Assembly: GCF_009914755.1 (NCBI RefSeq)
Contig: NC_060929.1
Reading direction: 5' to 3' (one strand)
DNA from: the human T2T-CHM13v2.0 reference genome, Homo sapiens
Length of the DNA stretch: 64,000 bases
Part shown: piece after piece, positions 1-13,487 of the stretch
How the letters are laid out: every line of letters starts with the position of its first letter
Position numbering within the stretch: position 1 is the first letter of the stretch
Notes under the pieces: model-generated
What the model was told of the DNA's origin: nothing
What the model saw: the letters and a program-made list of their open reading frames with translations, nothing else
Databases searched by the model: none
Program-made: the position numbers and the translations under genes

Positions 1-126
1 TTGACAATGACGTAATATTCAGTCATTAAAAAAATGTCATTTGCAATAACATGGATGGAACTGGAGGTCACTATCTTAAGTGAAATAAACCAGGCACAAA
101 AAGACAAATATCTCATGTTCTCACTT
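1..126 (+). mobile_element. L1 (L1MA/L1PB-type) 3' UTR fragment
   Basis: tcatttgcaataacatggatggaactggaggtc...taagtgaaataaaccaggcacaaaaagacaaatatctcatgttctcact is the typical L1 3' region. Confidence 0.85.
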
Positions 127-412
127 GGATAGCTAGGATACACAGAGGGTAAGGACAGAATGTTGTGAAGTGAGACTAATGGACGAGTAGAGGCAGGTGA
201 AGTCAAGCATAATAGGTCATAGTAGGATTTGGCTTTTGTTCTAAAAGCAGTGTAGCTCCACTAAAGTGACAGGTCATGTCTCATTATCAAATAACTATGG
301 CATCATCAGTGACCTCTGGCTTCTCAGCGCTTCCACGGTTTTTATTGTCTGCATCAGGAATCAGTCATGTAATCAATTTCTACCTTGTATTATTCACGAG
401 TTTATATCATTT

Positions 413-1985
413 TGATGGCAGCAGCAGCCCATCTGGAGTGGCCACTGCCATGATGTCAGCTGCAGTGGGGAAGTTGCAGCCAGGGCTGCTCACTCCATGG
501 AGCCAGTGGGAGCTAGGAACAGGTGGAATCCCCGCCCCATTCCAAGTTGGAGTGGTGGGAGCCCCACCTTCCTGGGCGCAGCTGCAACTGCCCAGCCCCA
601 GCTGCAAACCCAGCCATCTCTGCACTCCTGGGGACTCAGGAAGCCCCCCTCCCCAGGAAGGCTTGAAAGTGCCTGCTCCTGCTACCTGTCTTCTCCCCAG
701 TCCCAGTGCCCACTCCGATTTTGAAGCAAAGTTGTGGCTGAGCCCAGGCACTATCATGAGTCGGCCGGGTGTGTGTACACTCAGGACAAACTGACATGTC
801 AACCCCCTGCCACCTTGGCCCACTCCGGACTTTGGGTGCCAACAAGCACAAGAGGGAGGCCAAGGGGGTGCTAAGGGTGACTTAACGTGGGCCTTAAGGC
901 ACCCCTTGGCATGAACAGCCTGGGTGCCATGGGCATCATGGATGGCAGGTAAATGGCAGCAGGAGGCAGACAGGTTCCTGGGCAGAAAGAGTCAGGTCCT
1001 CAGTAAAACCCCACTTTTAGGCCAGGGATGGCCTGAGGCCTGGGGGCTGGTTTGCCAGCTCCACAGACCCGAGTGAGAACTTAAGAGTGCTTTTTCGGAG
1101 CCTGCCCATGGCCACCCATGGACCAATCAGCACGCATTTCCTACCTTCTGAAGCCAATAAAAACACCAGATTCAGGCAGACTTGGGCAGATGACAGGACA
1201 ACCTGCCTGTGGAGAGGAGCTACTGACTGTGGGTCTCCTCTCTGCTGAGAGGTGGACACTCGTCAAGATGATCTGCCTGCGGACAGGAGCTACCTACTGC
1301 AGGTCTCCTCTGAGCTGTTCTGTCACTCAATAAAGCACCTTTTCACCTTGCTAACCCTCCACTTGTCCATATGCTTCATTCTTCCTGGACACAATACAAG
1401 AACTCAGGACCCACCAAATGGTAGGGCTAAAAGAGCTGTAACACAAACGGCTGAAACACGTCCCTTACTTGCCATGTTGGGGGTGACAAGAAGGAAAGGA
1501 GGGAGAAGGAGAGAAGACTTATGGCCCTTCAGAGAGCCCAGACCAATGGGCTCCCTGAAGGCTGTGACACCCTCTTCGGGATCTGTGGTTCCTGGCATCT
1601 CCAAGCTTAGGGGCAACACTGCATTCCCCGGTGCCAGCCATGGAAGCTGCTTGCGGTACGCTTGGTCAAGCCAAAGCCTCTCAGGGAGTTGGCACCCATG
1701 CCAGTGCCTGGAGCTGCCCACCCCACCACAGCTGGTGTGCCTGGCTGTGCACTGTGGCTGGACCCCATGCTCACTCACTCACACACCCCACACACCCCTC
1801 ACCACTTCGTGTCTGGCTTGCCCTTGGCAGGCCAGGGGATCCTGGCTGGTAGCACAAGCCAAGTGCAGCCTGCCAGGCCAAGTGGGTGGAACAAGCCCAG
1901 CATGCGTGAGCAAAACATGGGCAAAGGTGTCACCACCCACAGAGGTTTCTGGCCGGAAAAGCAATGCCCCAAGGCTCCTGTGAGG
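413..1985 (+). mobile_element. MER52-family ERV1 solo LTR
   Basis: Starts TGATGGCAGCAGCAGCCCATCTGGAGTGGCC; GC-rich ~1.57 kb; CCAAT at ~1123, AATAAA at ~1329; ends ...ccccaaggctcctgtga, like the recalled MER52 consensus. Confidence 0.8.
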
Positions 1986-2039
1986 TTTTCATTTAAATTT
2001 CCAACATTGACATGGACTAAGAGTCAAGGGGAAAGGGAA

Positions 2040-2144
2040 CCTCATTTATTGAGTACTTATTCAATTGAAAGCATTGTGTAGGAACTTTGAATATATCATC
2101 TTATTTAATCTTCACAAAAGCCCATGAGATCAATATCTCCATAT
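2040..2144 (-). mobile_element. MIR fragment interrupted by MER41B
   Basis: catttattgagtactta...ttatttaatcttcacaaaagcccatgag is the reverse complement of the MIR 3' end. Confidence 0.65.
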
Positions 2145-2779
2145 TGTTACCAGAAAGTGGTCCCAATTTAGACCCCAAGAGAGGGTTCTTGGATCTTGTG
2201 CAAGAAAGAATTCGGGGAGAGTCCATAGAGTAAAGTGAAACCAAGTTTATTAAGAAAATAAAGGAATAAAAACTGGTTACTCCACAGGCAGAGCAGCCCC
2301 AAGGGCTGCTGGTTGCCCATTTTATGGTTATTTCTTGGCTATATGCTAAACAAGGGGTGGATTATTCATGAGTTTTCAGGGAAAGGGATGGGCGATTCTG
2401 AGAACTGAGGGTTCCTTCCCTTTTTAGACCGTATGGGATAACTTACTTCCTGACGTTCCCATGGCATTTGTGAACTGTCATGGCACTGGTGGGAGTGTCT
2501 TCTACCATGCTAATGCATTATAATTAGCATATAACGAGCAGTGAGGACAACTACAGGTTACTCTTGTCACCATCTTGGTTTTGGTGGGTTTTGGCCAGCT
2601 TCTTTACTGTAACCTGTTTTATCAGCAACATCTTGTGCTGACCTCCTATGTTATCCTGTGACTTAGAGTGATCTGTAGCTTGTGCCTAACCTCCTGGGAA
2701 TACAACCCAATAGGTCTCAGCCTAATTTTACCCAGCCCCTATTCAAGATGGAGTTTTTCTGGTTTAAATGCTTCTGACA
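2145..2779 (-). mobile_element. MER41B ERV1 solo LTR, full length
   Basis: Reverse complement begins TGTCAGAAGCATTTAAACCAG..CTCCATCTTGAATAGGGGCTGGGTAAAA and ends ..TCTCTTGGGGTCT...CTTTCTGGTAACA; TG..CA ends; 4-bp TSD atat/gtat. Confidence 0.92.
2375..2404. promoter_or_regulatory. Tandem STAT GAS cores (TTCNNNGAA) inside MER41B
   Basis: TTCAGGGAA 2375-2383 and TTCTGAGAA 2396-2404 at the position of the known MER41B tandem GAS sites; activity not shown. Confidence 0.5.
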
Positions 2780-3104
2780 GTATGACAAAAGAGGTCGACT
2801 CAAGAACAATCCCCAATCAACAACAGTCCAAGCTTACTGACCTCTAGTAAACTGTGAGTCTGGGTGCTTTTGCAATAAGATCACAAATTGCAGAAGTGTT
2901 CAAACACTGCATATATCACTGGTATGTCTTCTCCCAATTCTTAGAAGACTAGGTCTATTTCCTATTTAGTATAGCCTGATCCAAAAGGCAGTTTGCCCTT
3001 GTTAATCAGTTTTTTTTTTTTTTTCAAATCTGCGGGGCTTAAGAAAAGTAGAGAAATGTTAATACTTGGTTTTTTAGGAAAATTCTATTATAAGGCACAT
3101 TTTT

Positions 3105-3178
3105 GTGATCATGCCACTGCACTCCAGCCTGAGGAACAAAGTGAGACTCCTTCTTCCCCCTCATCACCCAAAAAAAGA
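3105..3178 (+). mobile_element. Alu 3' fragment
   Basis: gatcatgccactgcactccagcctg..acaaagtgagactcc followed by a short A tail. Confidence 0.8.
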
Positions 3179-3845
3179 TTCTAGGAATCATTTTTCACAA
3201 TAAAGTCATCAACAAATGTCCATTTGCAAGGAAAAATGGCTAGTGGCTGATTTTCAAGTGTTCTTTGGAAATATGATTTTAAACACTTCATAAGCTTAAC
3301 AATAGAACAGCACTGGCCTGTCTGTTGTTAACCTTTACATAATAAAATTAATTAGGAATAATAACTCAACCCATGCAGAATTTGTCCATGATTTAAATGA
3401 AGAGAATGTTGTTAGCCCAGTTTATATCAGAAAATTAGCAATTTTACTTGGTAATGCGAATCTTCTGGTTATATTTGTTTGTGTGTTTGTTGGCTTGCTT
3501 GCCTTAAATTTATGATTTACTTAATGATGTCAAACTAAGTATGTGCTTTAGCTTAGGTTTACAACAAAATAATAGGCTAAATTCACAGAGCGCCATGGTG
3601 TCTCGAATTAGAAAATAATTTGCCTTTGCTTTTCTTGAAATAGAGGAAACAGTTTTGCTTTAAAGTACCAGTGCAGTGTTTTCTAAAAGAGGTCAAGCTG
3701 AAACTGGTGTTTAACCTGGAGAGGCTTCCGTGAATTTCTAATGGAGTTTTAGAAAGACTGTATTTCCTGATTTAATAATACATATGACTGCAGTGAAGGA
3801 GCATTTTAATATGACTCTGAATCTGAGTGCAACACACAGTCTTAT

Positions 3846-3910
3846 GAGAGAGAAACAAGAGGGAGGGAAGGAAGGAAAAAAAGGAGGGAGGGAGAGAAAG
3901 GAAAGGAAAA
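3846..3910. repeat. GA-rich (GGAA/GGGA) low-complexity tract
   Basis: gagagagaaacaagagggagggaaggaaggaaaaaaggagggagggagagaaaggaaaggaaaa. Confidence 0.8.
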
Positions 3911-4031
3911 TAGGATATATTATTCAAATTTGTTGTTACAATACTATGTGAATGTGAAGTTAAGGATTTAAAGTAGCTAGCAGAAATATATATTCTGTAG
4001 GACATTATTTTTAGTCTGATGCCAATGATGC

Positions 4032-4270
4032 AATAATAATTATAGTCACTACCATTTACTGAGTTCTGACTAGGAGGTGGGCGCTGTGGTAGGCATCATT
4101 CATTATGCCAGCTGGTCCTCACCATACCCCAAGAAGTGGATATGAATTATACACACATTTTAAAGACAAAAAGCCTGCAGCTTAAGAGAGCTATGGAGCT
4201 TGAGGAAGGTGCCAGAACTAGAAATGGAAAGCAAAAGCCCTCTCAGGTCCAACTCCGGAGTTTAACACTC
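4032..4270 (-). mobile_element. MIR, diverged
   Basis: aataataattatagtcactaccatttactgag...cattttaaagacaaaaagcctgcagcttaagagag resembles antisense MIR. Confidence 0.55.
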
Positions 4271-4398
4271 ATTACATGTTCATCCATTTATCTTATTTGT
4301 TTTATGCTTTTCAGTTTTCATTTGTTATTCTTTTTGGGGAGAAGGTACACATTTAAAAGTGCTTACTGAAGAAAATAATCTTTTGTTTTAAACCCTAG

Positions 4399-4710
<312 letters not shown>

Positions 4711-4774
4711 CCAAGACAAACTTCTAAGGGACCATATAATTTATTCAAATATATCTGTGAATATAGCAAGCATT

Positions 4775-4813
4775 CACATACACACACACACACGCACACA
4801 CACACACACACAC
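4775..4813. repeat. (CA)n microsatellite
   Basis: cacatacacacacacacacgcacacacacacacacacac. Confidence 0.95.
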
Positions 4814-5719
4814 GCAGCATGTCTCTTCCTGCACATCCTTAAAAATCACATCAAACCCTGCAAAAGAAAAGTCATACATAATAATAAGAATCTGGATTTC
4901 ATGTCTGTGTTATTTTACTTATCTATCTCACCTGCATCTCTCAGATTACTATTACATTTTAGCAAGTAAAATAATAGATAATAGGAGAGAATGTAAATCT
5001 GCTATATCCTAAGATATATACTTGTTACTCTTATGAAGGTATACTATACTCTTTAGAGCAAACTGTACTTGGTAAATCATCTTTTTGAGTTCCTCAAAAT
5101 GTTGCTAATAAAATAAAATGTAAAGTTTGCAAGTCCATTTTCGTAAAAATTCCCAGTCTGCAATTTTATAAAACTAGCACCTAATTTAAAATCAGCCTTC
5201 AACTATGTGAACCTGGAGAGAATACATGCATTACCTGAAGGCCAAATCCCTGTATTCTACAATTCTTTGTAGGACTTTCTTAGCATGTAATTTTAGAGTA
5301 TCCAAACTATTTCTTTCCTCCACCTACATCATCATTTTACACACAGCGAAATGTGGTCATTTTTTCTGCTTAAGTGGTACATACTACAGATCTTATGACA
5401 GAATGTGCTAAAGTGGACACACTTTTCATGTTCATAAAAGTGGGGAAGATGCCACTCTTGTTGTAACTTTTTAGTTTAAAAAAGAAAGACAATGCCAAAA
5501 TTCTTCCAAAGAAGGACTGTAAAGAGAAAAGGGGAGAAGGGGACATATTCCCCCATGCCAGCAGTGGTAGTGAGGGAGCAGAGTTGGAACATAGCTTCAG
5601 ACAGTGGTGATAGGAGGCAACAGGAAATGCCATTGCTCTACCCACATTTCTTTGGATTCTTTACCAACTCTTGCACTCATCCTCCCTGTGTACTATCCCC
5701 TACAACAGTCAGCACCTGT

Positions 5720-6075
5720 ATCTCTTAATTTGCGAGGTGGCCTCAGACTGCTAGATCCCCTTTGAGAACTGATGTAAAGTTGGAATCTCCTGGATATTTA
5801 TATCACTCCTGGGGAAGCCTTTAACTACAGATTAATCTGTAGCTACCCCTACTCCCTTCCCTCTATGGAGGAGGGATCTAAGGTGTGACCTTTGAATCTG
5901 CACTTCAAAACTGAGCCAAAGTTTTCTTAGCAGAACTTTGATACTATGCCCTTGCTTGGCCAAATTTTCTTTCCACTCCCATTTCTTCACACCCCAATTT
6001 TTCCAGCGAACACTAACTATGTTCTTTTCATATAAATTTTCATGTCAGTGTCTGCTTCTGAAGAAATAACATGGT
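5720..6075 (+). mobile_element. Old ERVL-class LTR (LTR16-like)
   Basis: ggatatttata TATA-like box, pyrimidine-rich U5, and terminal tgtcagtgtctgcttctgaagaa resembling the LTR16 end. Confidence 0.45.
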
Positions 6076-6099
6076 GTTGAGTCTCTGCCAAGTAGGGGC

Positions 6100-8020
6100 T
6101 GCACTGGCTACTCTGCCTAAAGTAAGAGACTGAAATAATGGTCTTTTCAGTGGAAGAAGCCCCACTAGCCTAGGGAAACAGAAAGAATTTCTCTGAATGG
6201 AAATAAGAAAAAGAAAATGCTACCATGAGAAAGTGAGACCCATGCCTCCAAAACATGCACATATGAAATCAGAATTTACATGCTTGTCGAGAACAAGAAT
6301 CCTCAAGCTAAGAAATTAACATTAAAAAACTTGTCTTGAGTGGGTAAGATGCAGATGGAAATTCAAAACTACCCTGCAAAATTTCTGCCATGCACAAGAC
6401 AAGCAACTCCCATAGGAGGGAGGGTAGGGAGAGGATGTGGTGGATAATGACAGAAGCTCACAGTCCAAAAAATTACAGACCACACAAAGAAATGGTTTCA
6501 CATCGATGAAGTCTCATTTCAACAACTGGATGATTCTATGATCTGAAAAAAGAAAAAACCTATATAATCAGTATGTTTAAAATGATTGAAGAAAGTAATA
6601 TAGAATGCAAATCATAATGAAAGAAAATTCATCATAAAATAACAGACACTTAAAGAAGACTGTAGTATAACATCTATAAAGATTATGATGGCAGATTAAA
6701 CACACGCCCAGAATTTATTCACTCCAGAAACGCTGCCAAAATTACAAGCCCCAAAAAACCTTTTAATCCACAAAGATGAAGAGAGCAGCAGGGGAGACAA
6801 CAGTGACAGGTCTTTGAAACCTGAAAAGCAGATAACCAGTGTCAGTGACTTGTGAAACCTGTGAAAGATGAATAAAAATTGGCTGAAAAACTAATAACAA
6901 AATCCATTCCACCACAGAGTCTTCCAAAGATTCTGGAACTACCAACACCCAATTAACTCTAGACTTGTAATTTAGGGAAAAGTGACTCCATGAAAAAGAG
7001 TGAGAAAAGCTGTTTCTGAAGCAGCTAGATTTCTACTAGATTCCTTCTCCTTTCCCTTTCCCAGTTTGTTCTTCAGAACTATTAACTCTGCCCAAGAAAT
7101 TTGAAGGACTTTTTCCTGGAAAGGATAAAAACAAAAAGTTTTAGGGACTGCTAATTGCCAGTCAGAGTTGAAGGTCTGTATGGGAAATAATACCAAGAAA
7201 AGGAAAGTGAAGTGATCATATGAATACTAAATGCTGAATGGTTTGGCTCCCAGACAAAACACATCAGACCTTTGCTATCCAGTAGACTCATAGAGTAGAC
7301 TTCAGAGTATGTAATCCACCCATAAGGAAAACGCACAGATACTGATAATCCCATTGAGATATTCAAATTTGACCAGTCTCACTTATGCACTCAGATCTTT
7401 CAATCAGTTTTTAAGGCCCCATCCCTTAATCATGAATAACCAGTCAATAGAGGACAAAAGATCCACACAAAAATATTACCAAAGAAAACTTTAAATTAAG
7501 AAGTATTAATAAGTAAAACCATTATTAATATCCCCAAAGAAAGAAGACTATATTTGGATTCATAAAAAGAATAGATTCTATAGAAACAACATGAACATTC
7601 AGATAACACGGGAAAAAAAGTTTGTGGAAATCTGTTTTTTTTTTAATTATTGTAAAAATGAAACTCTCAATAAAAGAGTTGGTAGATAAAGTTAAGGAAA
7701 TCTTTCTGAAAGTAGAGCAAAAAGAGATGGAAAAAAAAGAAAATTAGAAGACTATCCCAGAAAGTCTAAGATCAAGGATGAGGAAATACAGGAAGAGAGA
7801 AAACATAACAATTGAAAGAATTAAAGATGAAATATTGCAAGCAATATTACCCCAAAATGAGAATTATAAATTTCCAGATTGAAAGGGACTCCATGAGTGC
7901 TCAGCATAATGAAAGAAATTAGATTCTCACCCACATCAACACATCAACATCGCAGCAACAAGTCAGAACACAGGAAATAAAAAGAAGATGCCGCAAACAC
8001 CTAAAGAGAAAAAACAAATG
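6100..8020 (+). mobile_element. Ancient HAL1/L1M 5'-ORF1-like remnant
   Basis: A-rich sense strand with gttggtagataaagttaaggaaatc..aaagtagagcaaaaagagatggaaaa and tttccagattgaaagggac motifs typical of decayed ORF1; no intact frame. Confidence 0.6.
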
Positions 8021-8039
8021 AACAACTTTTGATATGAGT

Positions 8040-8630
8040 AAAGTAACCACATAATCTATTATCCTAACCAGAACACTTTAAAATTAATGTTTTTAAATTT
8101 TTTGATTGACAAATTGGTTTATGTCATTGGCAGACTTATGAAATAGTTCTATTTGAAAACTTGTTTTAAAAATCAAATTGCTTCAAAAATATAGCACTTA
8201 TCTGTTGCATTGAAGCAAAAAAACTTTATATAAATTTTCTGAACATTAAATAATAACAAACAGAATAACTGTTTTGGCAATATTCATTTACAGTAATCAT
8301 TTTTAGCTGTTTCTATATACTTTTTAGCTATCTATTAATACTAAGATGTCATTTGTATTTTTCTCAAGAATGCTTCTTTTTATTGTGGTCATATGGTTTT
8401 CATCATTTATATGAAATTTTCATCAATCCTCTACACTTAATAGTTAATAAATTAGAAAATGTTTACGCTCTTGCTTGGCTCTTCTCTGTAGACCATATTT
8501 TTCATTGAAAGACTACTTTCCCCATAGATGGTGAAGAAGTTGATAATATCAGATAAATTTTAATTTTTCCTAATGGAATTATATGATTATTTCAGCTCAA
8601 ATATTTTCATTAAGTATCTTAATTTGTAAT
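8040..8630 (-). mobile_element. hAT DNA transposon remnant (BLACKJACK-like) with decayed transposase C-terminus
   Basis: TIR-like agtaaccacataatctattatcctaaccagaacacttt; minus strand near 8420-8520 reads ..IWSTEKSQ..SNLLTIKC, resembling the hAT dimerisation region. Confidence 0.5.
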
Positions 8631-8730
8631 TATTTTCTCAGTAAACATTTTATTGAACATTTACTATGTGCTGAGCACTATCTCTGATCTGTTGTAATTG
8701 TTGTTGTTCATTTAGAAAATTCCACTTTTT

Positions 8731-9476
<746 letters not shown>

Positions 9477-12400
9477 ACCTATGGAGTGGTACTATGATGA
9501 TGGGAAAGGCCAAGCAGAAGCCACGATAACTGCCTCTACCTAAAAAAAGTAAGCCAAAAATGATACCACATTCCTGGAAGGATTGAAGAGATTAGTGCCA
9601 TCATCAAGAATTTGAAATATGTTGGAGTGATGAAACCTATTCAACTCTCCTATTTATCCTGTACTAAAGACAGGTTGATCTTGGAGAATGACAGTGCATT
9701 ATCATAAGCCTAACAAGGTGGTGGCTCCTATTGCAGCTGCTACATCAGATGTGGTTTTATTGCTTGACCAAATTAATACATCCCCTCATACTGGACATAC
9801 AGTTAATGATCAGGCAAATGTTGTATTCTCCATCCCCTTTAATAAATAAAATAAAGCCCATCAGAAGCAGTTCACTTTTAGCTAGTAAGGCCACCAATAC
9901 ACCTCCACAGTCCTACATTAGGGGTATATCAACTCTCTAGCCCTATGTTCATAATTTAGTTTGCAGAGATCTTGATCACCTTTCCCTTTCATAAGATATC
10001 ACGCTGGTCTATTTCTTGATGAAATTATGCTGATTGAACCTAGTGAGTAAGAATTAGCAACTACTCTAGACTTATTGGTAAGACATTTGCCTATCAGAAG
10101 GTGGAAAATAAATTTGATAAATATTGAGGGGTCTTCTATCAGTGAAATTTCCTGAAGACCACTGGTGTCGGCCATGTCAAGGTATGCCTTCTAAGATGAA
10201 GAACAAATTGTTGCCTTGACCCCTTTACAACTGATATGGTTTGGATGTCTTAGCCAAATCTCATGTTGAAATGTAATCCCCAGTGTTAGAGGTGGAGCCT
10301 GATAGGAGGTGATTGGATCATGAATGCAGTTTCTCATACCATCCCTGTCCTCACAATAGTGAGTGAGTTCTTGTGACCATTTAAAAGTGTGTAGCAACTC
10401 TTGCTTGTCTTTCTTACTCCTGTGCTGGCCATGTGATATGCCTGCTCCCCCTTTACCTTCTGCCATGATTGTAAGTTTCCTGAGGCCTCCCCATAAGCAG
10501 AGCAGATGCCAGTATCATGCTTCCTGTGTAGCCTGCAGAACGATGAGCCAATTAAACCTCTTTTCTTTATAAATTACCCAGTCTCAGGTATTTCTTTATA
10601 GCAATACAAGAATGATCTAATACAACAACCAAAAAAAAAGCAGCACCAAGCCTAGTGGGCTTCTTGAGATTTTGGAGGCAACACATTCCTCATTTCGGTG
10701 CACTACTCCATTCCCATTTACTGAATAACTCAAAAACTTCTAGTTTTGAGTGAGGCCCAGAACAAGAGAAGACTCTGCAGCAGATCCATGTAAGCTGCTC
10801 TGCCACTTGGGCCATATGATCCAGCATATCCAATAGTGCTTGAAGTGTAAGTGGCAAACAGGGAAGCCGTTTGTGGCCTTTGGTATACCGCTACAGATGA
10901 ATCAAAGAGCAGGCCCTTGGGATTTTGGAGCAGTCTTGCCATCCCCTGCAGATAACTACTCTCCTTTTGAGAAACAATTCTTAGCCTGCTATTGTGTCTT
11001 AGCAGAAACTGAACATTTAACCACAGCTCACTAACTCAGCATGCAACCTGAGCTTCCCATTGTGAAATGGATGTTAACTGACAAACCAACCCATAAAGTT
11101 GGGCATGCACAGCAGCACTCCATTATCAAATGGAAGTATTATAGATAGGATCAGGCCTGAGCAGGCCCGGAAGGCATAAGTAAGTTACATGAAGAAGTGG
11201 CTCAAATGCCCATGATCCCTTATTACTCTACCTCGACTCTCCCAGCTTGCACCTATCGCCTCATAGAAAGTTTCCTACCATCAGTTGACAGAAAGAGAAA
11301 ACTCGGGCATGATTTTATTCTTACTGGAATAGACACTTACTCTGCATATAAATTTTCAATTCCTGCACACAATGTTTCTTCCAAAACTGTCATCCATGGA
11401 GTTACAGAATACCTTATCTACTGTCCCAGTATTTTACACAGTATTGCTTCTGATCAAGGAACTCACTTACCAGTAAATAAAGTGCATCAATTGGCCCATG
11501 CTTATGGAATTCCATGGACTTAGCCATGTTTCCCACTATGCTAAAACAGCTAGCCTGGTGGGACAATGGAATGGCCTTTTGAAGACTCAGCTGCATTGCT
11601 AGCTAGGTGGCAACACCTTGCAAGGCTGAGGCAAGGTTCTCTAGGAGGTTCTGAGTCAGCACCTAGTACATGGTGCTGTTTCTCCTGTAGTCAGGATTCA
11701 TGGATCCAGGAATCAAGAAATAGAAATAGGAGCAGCACCACTCACTATAATTCCTGGTGACCCACTAGCATAATGTTTGCCTCCTGTTCTCATGACCTTG
11801 TGCTCTGCTTGCCTATAAGTCTTAGTTCTAGAGTGTTCTAGAGGGAAGAAACACAACAATGATTTCATTGAACTGGAAGTTAATACTAACACAACTACTT
11901 TAGTGTCCTCATGTCTCTAAATCAAAGGGCAAAGAAGAGAGTTACTGTGCTGGCTGGGGTGATTCATCCAGGCTACCAAGATGAAAATGGACTGCTATTT
12001 TACAAAGGATATAGAGAAGAGCATGTCTGAAAAAAAGAGATCCCTTAGATGCCTCTTACCATACCCTGTGATTAAGGTCAATAAAAAACTACATCTCAGT
12101 TCAGACACGGCTACTAATGACCCAGATTCTTCAAGAATGAAAGTTTGGGTTACCCCACCAGGTAAAAAACCATGCCAGCTTAGGTGCCTGCTGAAAGCAA
12201 AGGCAATACAAAAGGAGTAGTGAAAGAAGTTTGTTATAAATACCAGCTATGCTCAGAGGATCAGTTATGAAAGAAGGACTCTAACTGTCACGAGTATTTC
12301 TTCCTTATTTTGTTATGAATATGTTTGTGTGTGTGTATACATAGCAAATGTCTTTGTTTTCTTCACTTTCTTAGCCCATTACAATGTAACATAAGAAGTA

Positions 12401-12671
12401 TTGACTTTGTATTTAAGATAAGTTTATTTAAGTACTTAAGTATTGGTAACTTTATATCATAGTATTTACCTTATGGAATGCCAAGGAAAAGGGTAAACAC
12501 CACCCAAGAACTTTGTATCCTCTTCTGAGGAGAGGGTTAGTGTGTTTTTGCTTGTACTCAAGACAGGTGTATCATATTAGGTTGAATTATGACTTTTTTA
12601 TTGTCTTTATTTGGAGATTAAGGATAGTTTAAAGAGATGCATATGGGTGCCAGATTGATAAGGAGTAGAAT
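9477..12671 (+). mobile_element. ERV-L (HERVL) internal region: decayed pol (RT, integrase), dUTPase and 3' region; 5' half missing
   Basis: Frameshifted remnants GKAK.KP..LPLP, SWRMTVHYHK.NKVVAPIAAA..DVVLLLDQINTSP (RT); ILTGIDTYS...SIASDQGTH (integrase core, ORF 11197-11523); AKKRVTVLAGVI.P.YQ (dUTPase); purine-rich tract before the LTR. Confidence 0.92.
10232..10624 (+). mobile_element. MSTA-type MaLR solo LTR nested in ERV-L pol
   Basis: tgatatggtttggatg ... aattaaacctcttttctttataaattacccagtctcaggtatttctttatagc..ctaataca; exact 5-bp TSD acaac. Confidence 0.93.
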
Positions 12672-12870
12672 TGTGAGAGCTAATTTTATGTGTCAATTTG
12701 GCTGGGCCATAGTGCCCAGATGTCTGGTCAAACATTATTCTGGATGTTTTGGTGAGGGTCTTCCAGATGAAATTAACATTTAAATCAGTGGATTTTGAGT
12801 AAAGTATATCGCCCTCCGTAATGTGGGTGGGCCTCATCCGATAAGTTGAAGGCTTACATAGAACAAACGA

Positions 12871-12912
<42 letters not shown>

Positions 12913-12982
12913 GTATCTCTATCTAGCTACCCCTACACATATCCTATTGGTTATGTTTCTCTGGAGAATGCTGGCTAATGAA
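12672..12982 (+). mobile_element. MLT2 (B/D-type) 3' LTR of the ERV-L, internally deleted
   Basis: tgtgagagctaattttatgtgtcaatttggctgggccat ... atatcctattggttatgtttctctggagaa; contiguous with the internal region. Confidence 0.88.
12871..12926. repeat. (TATC)n tetranucleotide STR inside the MLT2 LTR
   Basis: About 10 perfect ctat units followed by degenerate units. Confidence 0.95.
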
Positions 12983-12989
12983 AATGGTT

Positions 12990-13487
12990 AACAAAAAGTC
13001 AGGACAATGGTTACCAGTGGAGGAAAGTATGATTGAGAGAGACACACAGGAGGAGTCTAAGGTATTGATAATATTCTATTTTTTTACCTAAGTAGAGGTG
13101 CATGCATTTTATATTACCACTATATATGTTTAACACATTTTTCTGTATGAATACTGAATATCACACATGTAGACACACACAAATTTAACTCGAAAAGTAT
13201 AAAATAGAAGACTATCAGCTGAAGATGAAAATAGCAAACTAAAACATACATGTAAAAAATTATCCAAAATATATGAGAAGATAAAGAAATGTAAAATATG
13301 AGAGATTAAGAAACAGAAACAAGAGAATGAGAAAGTCAAGCTCAAATAAGAATTATGAGAGGATAACATATAATTAGTGGCCAAGGGGAAATATTTAAGA
13401 AGATCATGGCTGATAGATGGTCATATAAAATAAGCAGAAGCAGCAGGATTAATAAAATAAATACAAATAAACATATGTGTAGAATAA
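12990..13487 (+). mobile_element. Old L1ME 3' end plus HAL1/L1M ORF1-like fragments
   Basis: aaagtcaggacaatggttacc...aggtattgataatattctattt followed by A-rich ORF1-like sequence. Confidence 0.5.

Noticed and set aside
1190-1320. Internal direct repeat (cctgcctgtggagaggagctac / ctgcctgcggacaggagctac)
   Set aside because: Appears to be a built-in feature of MER52 LTRs rather than a locus-specific event
276-2081. Long overlapping ORFs (172, 243, 139 aa)
   Set aside because: They lie in the GC-rich MER52 LTR, occur on both strands, have no recognisable domain and reflect low stop-codon frequency
9477-12220. Functional retroviral pol or dUTPase, or a domesticated gene
   Set aside because: Many stops and frameshifts, an LTR insertion and a large deletion; longest ORF is 108 aa
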